Assembly (NCBI GenBank): GCA_039030515.1
Contig: JBCCEA010000003.1
Location: 1 to 64,000 of the forward strand
DNA from: Myxococcota bacterium
GTDB lineage: Bacteria; Myxococcota_A; Polyangia; Polyangiales; Houyiibacteriaceae
Length of the DNA: 64,000 bases
Reading direction: 5' to 3'
Positions 37,371 through 49,600 of the stretch are shown piece after piece. The position numbers and the translations under genes are program-made. How positions within the stretch are numbered: the first letter of the stretch is position 1; each line of letters starts with the position of its first letter. A model generated the notes under the pieces. It had not been told where the DNA came from, made no database searches, and saw only the letters and a list, made by a program, of their open reading frames with translations.

Positions 37371-38567
37371 ATGGATTGGACCGAAGTGCGGGCGCCGACT
37401 GTGCTGCTTAAGTTTTTGGTAGCTGCCTCTTTCCTGTTTCTAGGTTGCGATGAGGACCCGCCCCCGTCTCCACCCCCGCCGCCTCCACCCAAGCTCGAGC
37501 CGATCGCCGCACCGCGTTCCCTTGCCACGGATTCCGCTTTCGATTTAGTTGCGACATCGACGGGAGCTGCCCTGTTTTGGGGTCAACCACGCAGAGTCGG
37601 CGCTGGTATTCAGATGCTAGAGCTGGACCGACTAGGTCGCATTCGATCCGCCGAGCGACCGCTGCTTTCGGGTGACACGCCGGCATCGGGTGGAACTCCC
37701 TCTGAGCAGCCCGCAGACGTAGTTGAGCTTGCTGCAGCGTTTGGTGGTGGACGCTACGGAGTTGCCTGGGTACTTCGGGAGCCGTTTCGTCTACGAGTTC
37801 AAGGTGCACTCGGTCGACAAGACGGGACATTTGGGCCCCCGATAGACTTCGGTACTACAGAGATGCGCACGACAGGTCGTCGAGGTCACCTGGCCCTGGC
37901 TGCGGCTGCGAACGGTACCCTTTCTCTAGTTGCGCGCGGAGTTACAAAACCTTGCTCAGAGGGTCGCTGTACTGAGTTTTCCGTACAGCGGATGGGTGAG
38001 GCAGGAGATGCTTTGGTTGGGGTGCCGCTCCTCGTGCCGAATCCTTGTCGAGCTGCGGTGACTGGACATCTCAATATTCGCAATACCTGGTACTACGCCG
38101 TCTGCGCAAAAGAGCATGGCGTTCCGGTAACGACGCTGTACGCCACGCAGTCTGAGCCCGAGTACGTCCATACGGAACGACTGCTGCCGGGGTGCAGTCC
38201 GCTGGGGATGACCGCGGGGCCTGAGGGCGTGGTCCATCTTGCCGATTGCGAAGGACGACTTGAAGGGGTCGAAGTTGAAGCGGCCGGTAGACGCCGGAAT
38301 GCCTTCAAAAAACTAGAGGTTAAGGCTCCTTGTGTCGATGGCCATCCGATGCTCGAAATCGTCTCCTCCGAGGGGCACGACCGAAAGTTCCCACTACGAG
38401 GGCCGAAGAGCCGGGTAGAGTCCCTTTTGCCGTCTGAGATCACCCCTCCGCGTACGAGGGCCGTGTGGACGGGAGATGCGCTTTTGCTTGCCTACCCTCT
38501 CGCGGGCGATGTGGGATTGCGACGCTACGAATGCCGATCGGGACATTTGATGCAAACCAACGAATAG
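37371..38567 (+). CDS. Hypothetical lipoprotein
   Basis: Lipobox FLGC, poly-Pro linker and several Cys. Start is uncertain (37335 or 37371). Confidence 0.7.
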   Translation: MDWTEVRAPTVLLKFLVAASFLFLGCDEDPPPSPPPPPPPKLEPIAAPRSLATDSAFDLVATSTGAALFWGQPRRVGAGIQMLELDRLGRIRSAERPLLSGDTPASGGTPSEQPADVVELAAAFGGGRYGVAWVLREPFRLRVQGALGRQDGTFGPPIDFGTTEMRTTGRRGHLALAAAANGTLSLVARGVTKPCSEGRCTEFSVQRMGEAGDALVGVPLLVPNPCRAAVTGHLNIRNTWYYAVCAKEHGVPVTTLYATQSEPEYVHTERLLPGCSPLGMTAGPEGVVHLADCEGRLEGVEVEAAGRRRNAFKKLEVKAPCVDGHPMLEIVSSEGHDRKFPLRGPKSRVESLLPSEITPPRTRAVWTGDALLLAYPLAGDVGLRRYECRSGHLMQTNE

Positions 38568-38678
38568 ACCTCAGAGAAGAAACGAGACCACACCACGATG
38601 CGCGTCCCCTAGTGCCGTTCGGAGTACCTCGTTGCCGTTGCGGTTGACCGGGAAAAGGCTGCGCCGTACACGCGCCCT

Positions 38679-39599
38679 ATGGCCCTCTTTGAACATCTCC
38701 CACCCAGCGTTTCCCTCTACGAGGTCTCTCCTCGCGACGGTCTACAGAATGAGGCTGCCATGGTGACGACCCACGCGAAGATTCGCCTGATCGAAGCGCT
38801 GATCGATGCGGGCCTGCGTCGTATCGAGGTGGCTAGCTTTGTCTCCCCGCGTTGGGTGCCCCAAATGGGTGATGCGGAGGAAGTCGTCAAGCTCCTCCCT
38901 CGCCGAGCTGGTGTGCGCTATTCGGCTTTGGTTCCCAACAGCCTCGGTTTGAAGCGCGCATGCGATGCTGGAATCGATGAGATCGCGGTATTTGTAAGCG
39001 CCAGCGAGACCCACAATCGGAAGAACGTCAACAAGACGGTGGCTGAAACCCTAAAAGCGCTGAGTAAAGTAATCGGCCCGGCAGCGCAGCAGGGAATGAA
39101 GGTTCGAGGATACGTATCCACGGTGTGGGGGTGTCCGTACGAGGGCGAGGTTTCTCTCGGCAGTGCGCTTGAAGTTGCGAGGATCCTACGTGGCGAGGGC
39201 TGCTATCAGATCGCGCTGGGAGATACTGTTGGCGTCGGAACGCCCTTGCAGACACGCCGCATTCTCGAGGAATTTCTGGTAGAGTTTTCGGTAGAAGAGG
39301 TGGCTCTTCATATGCATGACACGAGAGGCACAGCCCTGAGTAACGTCATCGTTGGGCTGGAAATGGGCATTCGGGATTTTGATGCATCGGTCGGAGGGCT
39401 TGGGGGGTGTCCTTTTGCCCCTGGGGCAGCGGGTAACTTGGCCACAGAGGATCTGCTCTACACGCTTCACGGAATGGGAATCGAGACCCACGTAGACCTG
39501 ACTTCTTTGTGGGAAGCAGGTCAAGTGGCGGCCGCGATCGTAGGTCGGGATCTTCCGGGCAAGGTGCATCGAGCGGGGATTCGCTCGCTGACTCATTGA
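38679..39599 (+). CDS. Hydroxymethylglutaryl-CoA lyase
   Basis: EVSPRDGLQNE, HMHDT and GGCPFAPGAAGNLATED motifs. Confidence 0.93.
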   Translation: MALFEHLPPSVSLYEVSPRDGLQNEAAMVTTHAKIRLIEALIDAGLRRIEVASFVSPRWVPQMGDAEEVVKLLPRRAGVRYSALVPNSLGLKRACDAGIDEIAVFVSASETHNRKNVNKTVAETLKALSKVIGPAAQQGMKVRGYVSTVWGCPYEGEVSLGSALEVARILRGEGCYQIALGDTVGVGTPLQTRRILEEFLVEFSVEEVALHMHDTRGTALSNVIVGLEMGIRDFDASVGGLGGCPFAPGAAGNLATEDLLYTLHGMGIETHVDLTSLWEAGQVAAAIVGRDLPGKVHRAGIRSLTH

Positions 39600-39685
39600 G
39601 AGGGTTTTTTGCTCTCTGAGCAGCGGCGGCTCGTGTTTAGGTGAGTTAGGCTCCGGGCGCGCGAAAGCGCCGATAAGGAGTATCG

Positions 39686-40570
39686 ATGGATCCTTGGAGT
39701 GCCCTCGTTTTCGCGAGCCCTCTATTTGGCTTTACTTTGAACTTGCCCGCGCTGGAGATGCCCGCTTCGGCGCGCCCTGCTTGGAACGAAGTCGATGGCT
39801 GGGTGAGTGTGGGGCTCGAGTCCGACCCTACCCCAAAGCGCGGCGAGAGCCGGGCTGATGCGGAGGATCGGCAGGGTGTCTTGGATCGGCAGAGAGCCTT
39901 GGATGGTTCCGAGGAAGATGGCTCTGAAACGGCCGCTTTTGGAGCATCTCGTGCTTCGGAGATGCGGTCTCACCTCTCCCTTCGTCCTGTCGATTTGCCT
40001 TCCGTTGAAAGTGAGCCGGAGTCTGGCGAACACCAGCTCGCGCGCGATCTTCGGACCCGTGGCAAGTGGGCGAAGTTACATCGCGGTTTCGGTATTGCTA
40101 CTTGGGCATCGATGCTTGTCACGGTGATCGCGGGCTCGATTCAGTATCACAACCTCTACGGGTTTTTTGCCGGACGCGACGACAATCCATGCGTTAAGGG
40201 CACTGCGGTCTTCGGCCAGGACCAGTGCTACCGCGTTCCAGCATTCCATCTCTCCACAGCCATGCTGACTACCGCACTCTACGGGGCGACTTTTGCGATG
40301 TCCTACCGTATGCCCGACCCGATCGGGCTTGACGAGGGAGACAGCAAATACGCACGCAATCTGCGCCTTCACAAGCGTCTAAGATGGGTCCATTTTGGCG
40401 GCATGCTCGCCCAGGTTTTCTTTGGTTTCATGGTTGCGAACCACGAGAATCTGGGCTTGAACCGGTCGGATGATTACAAAGCCTTAAGAGCGATGGCGAC
40501 GGTACATCAGGCAGTTGGATGGATCACGTTTGGTGCGCTCACTTGGGCTGGTGCCACGATGGTGTTCTGA
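39686..40570 (+). CDS. Hypothetical membrane protein with four His-led TM helices
   Basis: AGGAG SD; hydrophobic segments following KLHRG, AFHLS, LH..WVHFG and TVHQA. Confidence 0.7.
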   Translation: MDPWSALVFASPLFGFTLNLPALEMPASARPAWNEVDGWVSVGLESDPTPKRGESRADAEDRQGVLDRQRALDGSEEDGSETAAFGASRASEMRSHLSLRPVDLPSVESEPESGEHQLARDLRTRGKWAKLHRGFGIATWASMLVTVIAGSIQYHNLYGFFAGRDDNPCVKGTAVFGQDQCYRVPAFHLSTAMLTTALYGATFAMSYRMPDPIGLDEGDSKYARNLRLHKRLRWVHFGGMLAQVFFGFMVANHENLGLNRSDDYKALRAMATVHQAVGWITFGALTWAGATMVF

Positions 40571-40688
40571 TTTCGAGCGATTTCAAGGATCGCGTTCGTT
40601 CCGAATCACTTGATTGGAGTGGCATGCGGCCTCTAACATCGTCGGTCCAGGAGAGCGGGAACGCCCGTCGGGAGTTTTTGAGGGTTAT

Positions 40689-43600
40689 ATGGCGCGGCTG
40701 ACGATGTCCAACTACCTGGGAATGCTTCAAGAAGATCCCGAAAACATTGAGATTTTCGAGGGTATCCTCGACTTGCTGACTCATCCCGATCCCGCAGCGA
40801 TGGGAGAGAATCCGGTGCGGCTCGTCGAGGCTGCTCGAGTCGCCCACGAGCGGCGTCGCGAGCTCGGCGCGACAGCATGGCTGCTCGAGATACAAACCCA
40901 CCTGGCACAAGAAGACCCCGACCTTCAAGCGGCGCTTTGGAAGGAACTAGGTCGTATTCGACAAGAAGAACTGCTGAACTACGCTACTGCCCGCGATGCA
41001 TATGAGCAGGCTCTTGCGCTGCGCCCGGGGGATGAGGATGTCCAGGACGCGATCGAGCATATCGACAGAGCCAGTGAAAAGTGGCGTCAGATCGCCGATC
41101 GTTTTCGACAAGAAGCTTCGAGCGCTAGCGACGCCTCGCTAAAGTCGTCCCTACTCTTGCGGGCTGCCTCCCTCGTTTGGCAGTACGAGACCTCAGAAAA
41201 AGACCGTGACTCGGAGTCTGATGCGCTCTTCGCCGAGGCGCGTGCCGCAGATCTCTCTGACACTCGAGCTTCCCGCCTCCACGTTCTGACCCTGCGCGCT
41301 CGGGGGCTTTGGGGGGAGTGCGCGAAGGTTCTTCTGAGCACCGCCCAGACAACCCGCAGTCGAGATGAGAAACGCAACTGTTTTGTCAAAGCTGCACGCA
41401 TCCAGATTCGGCATCTCGAGCAGGAGGAGCAAGGAGCAAGGAGCTATCTGCAGGTTCTCGCTCTTTTGCCGAGCCATGAAGAGGCACTTCGTTATCTGGT
41501 CGAATATTACACGGAGCGAGAACTATGGGACGACCTTGTGACGCTGTACGAAGAGGCGCTGCGGTCCCGCCAAAAAGTTGAAAACGAAGTCGGTATCCTT
41601 ATGCAGCTCGCCATGGTGCATTGGCGAATCCGGCAAGCCCCGGAAGAGGCTGAGCCCTATTTCTCTCGGCTGCGGAAGATCGATCCGGCACACTCGGGGA
41701 TGCTGCAATTTTATAGAGAGCAGTCGAGCGATGCCTCAAAGTTACTCAACATACTCGGTGATGCGCATCGGGTGGCGAAAGATCAGGATCACAAGCTCGC
41801 CTTGGCGGTAGAGCTCGCGCGCGCCGCTCAAGAGGACAGCGCGACCCTAGAGCGGGCCATCGACGCTTGGAAAGCGGTCCAGCGCTTAAATCCTGGTCAC
41901 GCAGAAGCCCATGAGTCCCTCAAGTCTCTCTACCGAAAAGCAGAGAAGTGGAATGCTTTGGTGGAGCTGCTGCGTTTGGAATTAGAACGGACCGCGCCCG
42001 ACCATACGGATGAGAAACTCGAGTTGCTGCGGCAAATGATTCCTGTGTACCGGGATAAGCTGGCTCTCGATGTGATGGTGATCAATACGTACAATGCGAT
42101 TCTTCAAGAGGTTCCTACAGATTCGGAAGCGCTCAAGGCTCTTGGGGAGACCTTCGAGGCGATGGGCCGGTGGAGCGACTTAATACAGATCCTAGGCAAG
42201 CAGGCGGAAGCAGCGGGCAGTCAAGAAGATCAGGTCGCGCTCTACATGAACGTCGCGAATCTCTGGATCAAGCGATTTGCCAATTACAATCAAGCTACCA
42301 AACCCCTTGAGCGAGTTGTTGAGATCGATCCAAAGCATCTGGAGTCGATCAGGTTGCTCAAGGAAATTTACGGTAAAAAGCGAGCTTGGAGTTCGCTTTA
42401 CGATGTGCTCCACAAAGAATACGAACTGGTATCGGACGACGCCGAACGACTTTCTCTACTCGTCGATCGTGCAAAAATCGCTGGGGACCGGCTACACAGA
42501 CATGCGGATGCCGTGGCGCTCTGGAGGCAGATCGCGAGACTTGCCCCAGAAACTCCGGGGGCCCTGGATGCTTTGGAACGCTACGCGGAGCGTGAAAAAG
42601 ATTGGCCCGCCGTGGCGGAAGCGTTGGAGCTTCGCGTAGAGCGCGCCGAGGATGACCGCATGCGTGTCAAGGTCTTGCAAAAGCTCGGTACGGTCTACGG
42701 CGAGCACATGCGAGATGCGTCCCGGGCAGCTGGGGTTTGGAAGCGGGTACTCGAGATGGAGCCGAGCAACGGTCGTGCTCTGCGTACGCTGCGAGAGACC
42801 TTCATTGAATCTGCAGATTTTGAGGGCTTGGAGGCCCTCTACTCCGGGGTCGGCGATTGGGAAGCGCTGGTCGAGGTGCTCGGCTCCGCTGCGGAACGAA
42901 CTGAGGATTCCGCGACGAAATTAAGGCTTAGTTTTCGGGCTGCGGAAATTTATGAAGACCAACTCGAAGCTCCGCAGCGTGCATTTCGCAATTACGAACG
43001 AGTGCTGTCTGTGGATCCGAACAATGTTCGGGCGGCAAGGGCGCTTCTTCCGATCTACGAGAAAGGCGAAAAATGGAGCCGGGTCGTAGGACTCCTTGCA
43101 GTGATTCTGCATACGCTTGATGAGGAAGCAGCAGATGAACGACTTTCGATTCTCAAACGGCTTCGAGAGTTGACCAGCGCCAAGCTCAGCGACCATCAGG
43201 CGGCTTTTTCGTGGGCGAAGGAGGCGTACAGGCTTGCGCCGAAGGATCCTGACACATCGAAAGTACTCGAGGCGGATGCCTTAGCCACCGGGAAGTTCGA
43301 GGCGCTTGTAGAAGTGTATGAAAGCCGACTGCAGCTTGCCCGGGAGTTGAGCGAACAGCTCGATTTACGTCGTCGTCTCGCCACCTTAACTGGGGAACGC
43401 CTCGGGAGGGTCGATGCCGCCATCGAACAGCTGAATATGATTCTGGCAGCCGACCCATCCGACTCTGAGGCGATCGACGTACTACAGCGGCTCTACCAAG
43501 CGGAGAATCGGACCCGCGATCTCCGCGACCTGTGGGTTCATCAGCTCGAGCATGTTTCGTCTGCAGACGAAGAGCGCATTCAGCTGCTCTTTGCACTTGC

Positions 43601-46600
43601 CGACCTTGAGGAACGCTCCTTACAAGAGCCCGAATCGGCCCTTTTGCGTCTTCTGAGGGTACTCGAGCTGCGTCCTGACGATTTGGGCGCGTTGCGTGCC
43701 GTGGATCGTCTCTTTGTTGCGCTGCAGCGCTGGAACGAACTCGTCGAAGTCGTGACGCGCCAGCTGCAGCTTGTCGAACGCGATGACGAACGGATCCAGC
43801 TGGCCGATCGCCTTGCCGAGTTGCGTCTGGAGCGTCTCGAAGATCCGAAAGGGGCGCTGGAGGCTTGGGGATCGGTGCTCGAGCTGAATCTATCGGACTC
43901 CTCGGCCATCCAAGGGCTGGAGCAAATCCAGAGCCAATACGAAGACCTCTCCCTAAGGACGGGGTATTTGCTCGAGCCGGCGTACGAAGCCTCTAGTTCT
44001 TGGCACAAGCTATCTGAAGTGCTCCGTCATCGAGTGCAGTGCGCCGTAGATGAACCCACAAAACAGAGCCTGCGCTTGCGCCTGGCGGAGCTGCTCGGAA
44101 GCCGACTGGGCGATGTTCAAGGAGCGTACGCTACCCTTGAATCCGCGTTCCTCGACGATCCTCGTGACTCTGAACTCTGGGAAAAACTGCACGCGGCTGC
44201 GGGTGCAGCGGACCGAAATCATGAGCTGGTAGCCGCCTATTCCGTGGCCATCGAAGACGGCGGTCTATCATCAGAAGATTCGGCTGCGCTCGCGCGTCGC
44301 GCTGCCGAGGTTTGGGACGTGGCTCTCGGGGTCCCAAGCAATGCGGAACGGTTTCACCGCAAAGTGCTCTCCGTGGACTCGCTCGATATGGTTGCCTTTC
44401 AGTCGCTGAAAGAACTGTATACAGAGCAAGAGCGTTGGGAAGAGCTCCAAGTGCTCTATCGTTCACGCATTGCTGAAACCATCGATGCCGAACTAAAGCT
44501 CGAGCTGCTTCAGCAATTGTGCTTCCTCTTTGAAGAAATCCTCGACGACGCAGTGATGGCGATTCCCGCCTATCAAGAGGTGCTCGAGCTCAATCCAGAC
44601 CACCTGCCCGCGCGACGTGCTCTCGAGAGATTGTTTCGAAAGACCGAGCGGTATGATGACTTGGCGCTTTTGCTGCAAAGAAATCTAGAGGAGGCAAACG
44701 GCCAAGAAGCGATCGATCTGACTTTCGAACTCGGTGACCTTTATGAAAAGCACCTTAGTGAGCCGGAAAAAGCGGTCGATTCCTACGATGCGATACTCAC
44801 TCAGAGTCCTACCCACATGCGGGCGCAAGAGGCCCTCGAACGCCTTATCGAGATCCCTGAGCAAAGGCAGCGTATTGCCCGGATACTTGAGCCGCTTTAC
44901 GAAGCTCAGGGCGGATGGAGAGAACTTGCTCGGGTATTGCGAGTTCAGCTAGAGGATGCATCCGATTCTGTGGCGCGGGTGGACCTATTGCTACGCATAG
45001 CGGAGGTGTACGAATCCCGCGAACACGACAACGCACAGGCGTTTGAGGCACTTTCCCAGGCTCTATGCTGTGATCCCGCAGACAGTCGTTCGCGACAAGA
45101 GCTTGCGCGTCTCGCCGTCCTCGATCGCCGAAACGAAGATCATGCTGCAGTACTCGAGCGCGCTGTCGATGCCTCTTACGGCGATGCCTTTCTACAGAGT
45201 GACTTGTTACTGGAGCTTGCGAAGTTATGGGATGATCGAGTGCAAGATCATGGGCGAGCTGCTTTGGTGTATCAGCGTCTCATCGCGATAGACGATCAGA
45301 ATCCCGATGTCGTGCTTCCCGCTTCGCGAGCACTCGAACGAATTCATCTCGCAGCAGGTGATTTTGAGGCGCTTGCTCTCGATCTAAAACGTCAGATTTA
45401 CCTCGAACGCGAACAAGAAGTGCGCGCAGGTCTGTTGCTTCGTCTTGCGGAACTTTACGAAAGTCAGCTTGGTCAACTAGACGGTGCGATCCAGGCGCAT
45501 CAAGAGCGCCTTCAAATTGATCCTTTGGATCAACATTCGATGCGTGCACTCGAAGCGCTGTATGAGCTTACGGAACAATGGAAGCAGCTCATTGACGTTC
45601 TCCAAATTCGAGAGGCTTCGCTCCCTGATGAAGAGGAGCAGCGGGAGCTCGCGCGCCAAGTTGGCAGCATCTACGAGACCCGCCTAAAGGACGTTCCGGG
45701 AGCGATTGCGGCCTACAATGATGTCCTCGTACGGTTCGGCTCAGACCGAGAAACACTCGCTGCGCTTATTCGTCTCTATGAGCAGCGAGGGGCTTGGGAC
45801 GATCTGCGCGAAGCACTACGGATCGATCTTGAGCTGGTTCAGGACGTCGAGAGCCGAACAGAGCTTCGCTTTCGCATGGGAGAGCTGATGCGAGAGCAGC
45901 TCGTCGATTTGGAAGGCGCCGTCGAGGCGTACGCGGAGGTTTTGGACATCCAGCCGCAGCATGAAGGAGCTCGGCTGGCCCTCGAGCAGCTTCTCGATTC
46001 TTCGGAGCGAAGTGCTCGGGTCGGGGCGGCGCGAACACTCGTCCCTCTTCACGAGGCCAGCGAACGTTTCGAGCCGTTGGTTCGTGCACTCTGCGTGATG
46101 GCAGATGTCGACGATCCGATGCTTCAGTTTCAATCTCTTCGTCGGGCGGCTGAAGTGGCAGATGTGGGCTTGAACGACGCCCAACGCGCGTTTGAACTGC
46201 TCGGAACATCGATCCGGCTGGCGCTTGGTGATGCATCGCTCGAGTCGTTATTGCTCGAGCTGGAGCGTCATGCCTCTTCATCGGGTCGCTGGAAAGAATA
46301 TGTCTCTCTTCTCGAAGAAATCGCCCCCGATATCTTTGACGGAGAACTGCAAACCCAGGTGCTTTTGCGCATTGCCGGCACTTCGGCCGAGCGACTGGGA
46401 GATTATGAACAGGCTCGTCACTACTACACGCGAGTCCTCGAAAACCAGCCGGAACACGGTCCTGCGTTGGACGCTCTTGAGCGACTTCATACGGAAGCAT
46501 CGGACTACCCTGCGCTGCTCGATATTTTGGTTCGAAAGACCGAGATCGCGACCGACTCAGAGCTTCGAGTTCCACTGCTTGTCCTGCAAGCCCAGCTCTG

Positions 46601-49600
46601 TGAGACGCAGCTGGAGGATATTCCTGCGGCGATCGACGCGTTCGAGAAAGTGCTGAATGAGGCCGAGCTACCCGAGGCTTTCGAAGGCCTTGAACGGCTT
46701 TACGAGAGGGCCGAGCGGTATCTCGATTTGGCGCAACTGCTCGAACGAAAGTTGGAGCAGGGAGTCGGTAGTCCGGTCGAGATTCAGTACAAGCTCGGCA
46801 AGATCAGTATGGAGCAGCTCTCCGACTCGTTTGCGGCGCTCGAGTATTTTCGAGGTGCGATCTCTGCCCGAAGTGACCATCAGCCAAGTATCGATGCCCT
46901 TGAGCTACTGATGGAAGATGAAGATCTAAGGTCTTCGGCGGCCGAAATTCTGGAGCCCGTCTTTTTGGCTCAGATGAACTGGCCGAAGGTTACCGGAGCC
47001 TTGGAGGCCCGTCTGTCTGCGTCCGTAGATGTGACGTTGCGTAAGCGACTGCTCCGAAGACTCGGCGAGATCTTCGAGGATTACCTGGAGGATCTCGAGG
47101 GCGCTCGGGATCAGTACGCCCGAATGTTTCGTGAGGATCCTACCGATTCAGATGTCTGGGAAACCCTTGGGCGCATGGCCCGTGTACTCGATCAGTGGGA
47201 GCATCTAGCAGCGCTGTACACTGAGATTCTCGAGTCCAAAGTGTTTGGCGGCGAGGACAGTATCCAACTGGCGGTTATGGCCGGACGGTTGTGGGACGAG
47301 AGACTCAACAACTTAGATAAGGCGGATCGCTGTTATTCGATGGCTCTGGAGTTCGACCCAGCGCGAACAGAAGTGTTTGCCGCCTTGGAGTCGGTGCGTG
47401 TTCGACGAGAAGCGTGGCCCGAGACTCTGGCGCTCTACAGCGATCGAATTCAGGTTGTGGATGATGATTCGGATCGCGCCTCGCTTCATCGTCGGTCTGC
47501 CGTGGTTCTCGAAGAGCGACTGCAGGATATGGAAGGCGCTGCCGATGCGTATCGCTCGGTGCTGGAGATCGACGGTTCGGATGTGGCTTGTTGGCGCGCA
47601 CTCGACCGGATTTTGGGTAAGCTACAACGCTGGCCCGAACAGGCCGACCATTTGTGGCGCAGGTTGGAGCTAGTCGAGGGCACAGCAGAGGCTCTGGAGC
47701 TCAAATGCCGCTTGGGCCAACTTTCTGACGACAAACTCTCGGACGTCGATCGGGCTATCGATATGTACGAGGAGGTTCTCCAGGTTGATCCTGCGCATGA
47801 AACTGCGCTGAAGGCGCTTGAGCGGCTGGTTTTAGGCGAAGATCATCGCCTCCGCATCACCCAGATCTTGGAGCCGCTCTATCGGAGCACGGGTCAGTGG
47901 AAAAAACTCGTGGCCATTCTCGAAGCCCAAATCGATCTCTCACACTACGCGAGCGACCGGGCGCGCTTGCTGATGGAGATCGGCGATCTTCACGAGTCCA
48001 GGGGCAAAGATGCATCGATGGCGTTTCACGCCTACGGGCGGGCATTCATCATCGATGCATTAAGCGAGGAGCCTCGTAGGCACTTCGACCGGCTCGCGAT
48101 ATTTTTGGGGCAATGGGATCAGCAGATTGCAGCCTATGAGGCCGCGGTGAGCCATTGCGACGATCCGGCTACGCTCTCGGACCTTCTCATGACGATCGCT
48201 AGGATTCACGATGAGCGTCGTGGCGACCCTCGCTCCGCGATCGAGACCTATGAACGGTTGCTCACCCAGTATCCTGACGACGGCAGTGCGCTGGACTCTT
48301 TAGAAGCCCTGCATACGATGATCGGAGATTGGCGCGGTCTTGTAGACGTCCTTGTTCGCAAAGTAGACCGTAGTTACGATCCGGGGGAGCGCGCAGAAAT
48401 TTTGCGTCGGGCTGGTTCCGTAATGGAGGAACTTCTCGGAGATACCGCCGGAGCAGTCGACGCGTATCGCCGCGCTTCGGAAGACGACCCTGAAGATGAT
48501 GTCGCCCTCGAGTCGCTTGACAGACTTTACGGGCAATTGGGATACGAAGAGCAGCTTGCAGATGTTTTGGGGCGTCGTGTCGAGCTTGGTTCCGATCCCG
48601 AGTTCCGAGTCGAGTTGAACCTGCGCCTGGCTCGTCTTTTGGAGGGAAGCTTGGCGCAACCGACTGAGGCGATCGAAGCGTACATAAAAGTGCAGGCAGA
48701 CGCTCCAGAACATGAGGTGGCGGCAACTGCGCTTGGGCGCCTCTACCATTTGCAGTCTATGTGGCCCGACCTGCTCGACAATCTGCGTTGGCGCGTTGAA
48801 CTCGCTTCAGAGCAGGCGGTGAAAGTCGAATTGCTTTGCCGCTCGGGAGAGATCCTAGAGACAGAGCTCCACGATCTGCACGAAGCCATGGCCCTCTACG
48901 AACGGGCGCTGGGGCTCGATCCCCGTCACGAGGAGTCTCTTGCTGCCTTGATGCGCATGACCTTTGACGAGGATTTTCGAGATCGAGCGGTGGAGGTTCT
49001 CGAGCCGTTTCTGATCGATCAGAAACGATGGGGCGATTTGGCTCAAGTACTCGATCGTAAGGTAGAAGGCACCTCTGACCCGATCGAGCGTAGTCATTTG
49101 CTCGCTCGGGTTGCCGAAGTTCACGAGAACGGACGTGGCGACAAGCGTGCGGCATTTGAGTCGCTTACCCGTGCGTTCGACGAGGAACCGTCCAACCCCC
49201 TAGTGCTCGAGGGGCTGGAGCGCCTGTCTTCGGAGCTGGACTGCTGGTCTGAATTTGCGGATGTGCTTGCGGTACGAGCCTCCTCGGTGCTCGATCCTAT
49301 GACAGCTCGCGTCCTCTATGTTCGGCTGGCAAGGGTGGCTGAAGTCAAGATGTCTGACCTGATGAGGGCCACCGAGGCATATGCCCGGGCGCTAGATCAG
49401 GTCGGTGATGATGCTGAACTACTTGCCGAGCTCGACCGCCTGCATCACCAGTCCCAAAACTGGCCCAGGCTGTGCGATGTTCTCGAGCGACGCATCGGTC
49501 TCGAGAGCGATCCCTCGATTCGCAATGCACTGTTGCTACGTTTGGGCACCGTCAAGGAAGTGCACTTCGACGACCATACGGGCGCATTCGTGGCGTACCA

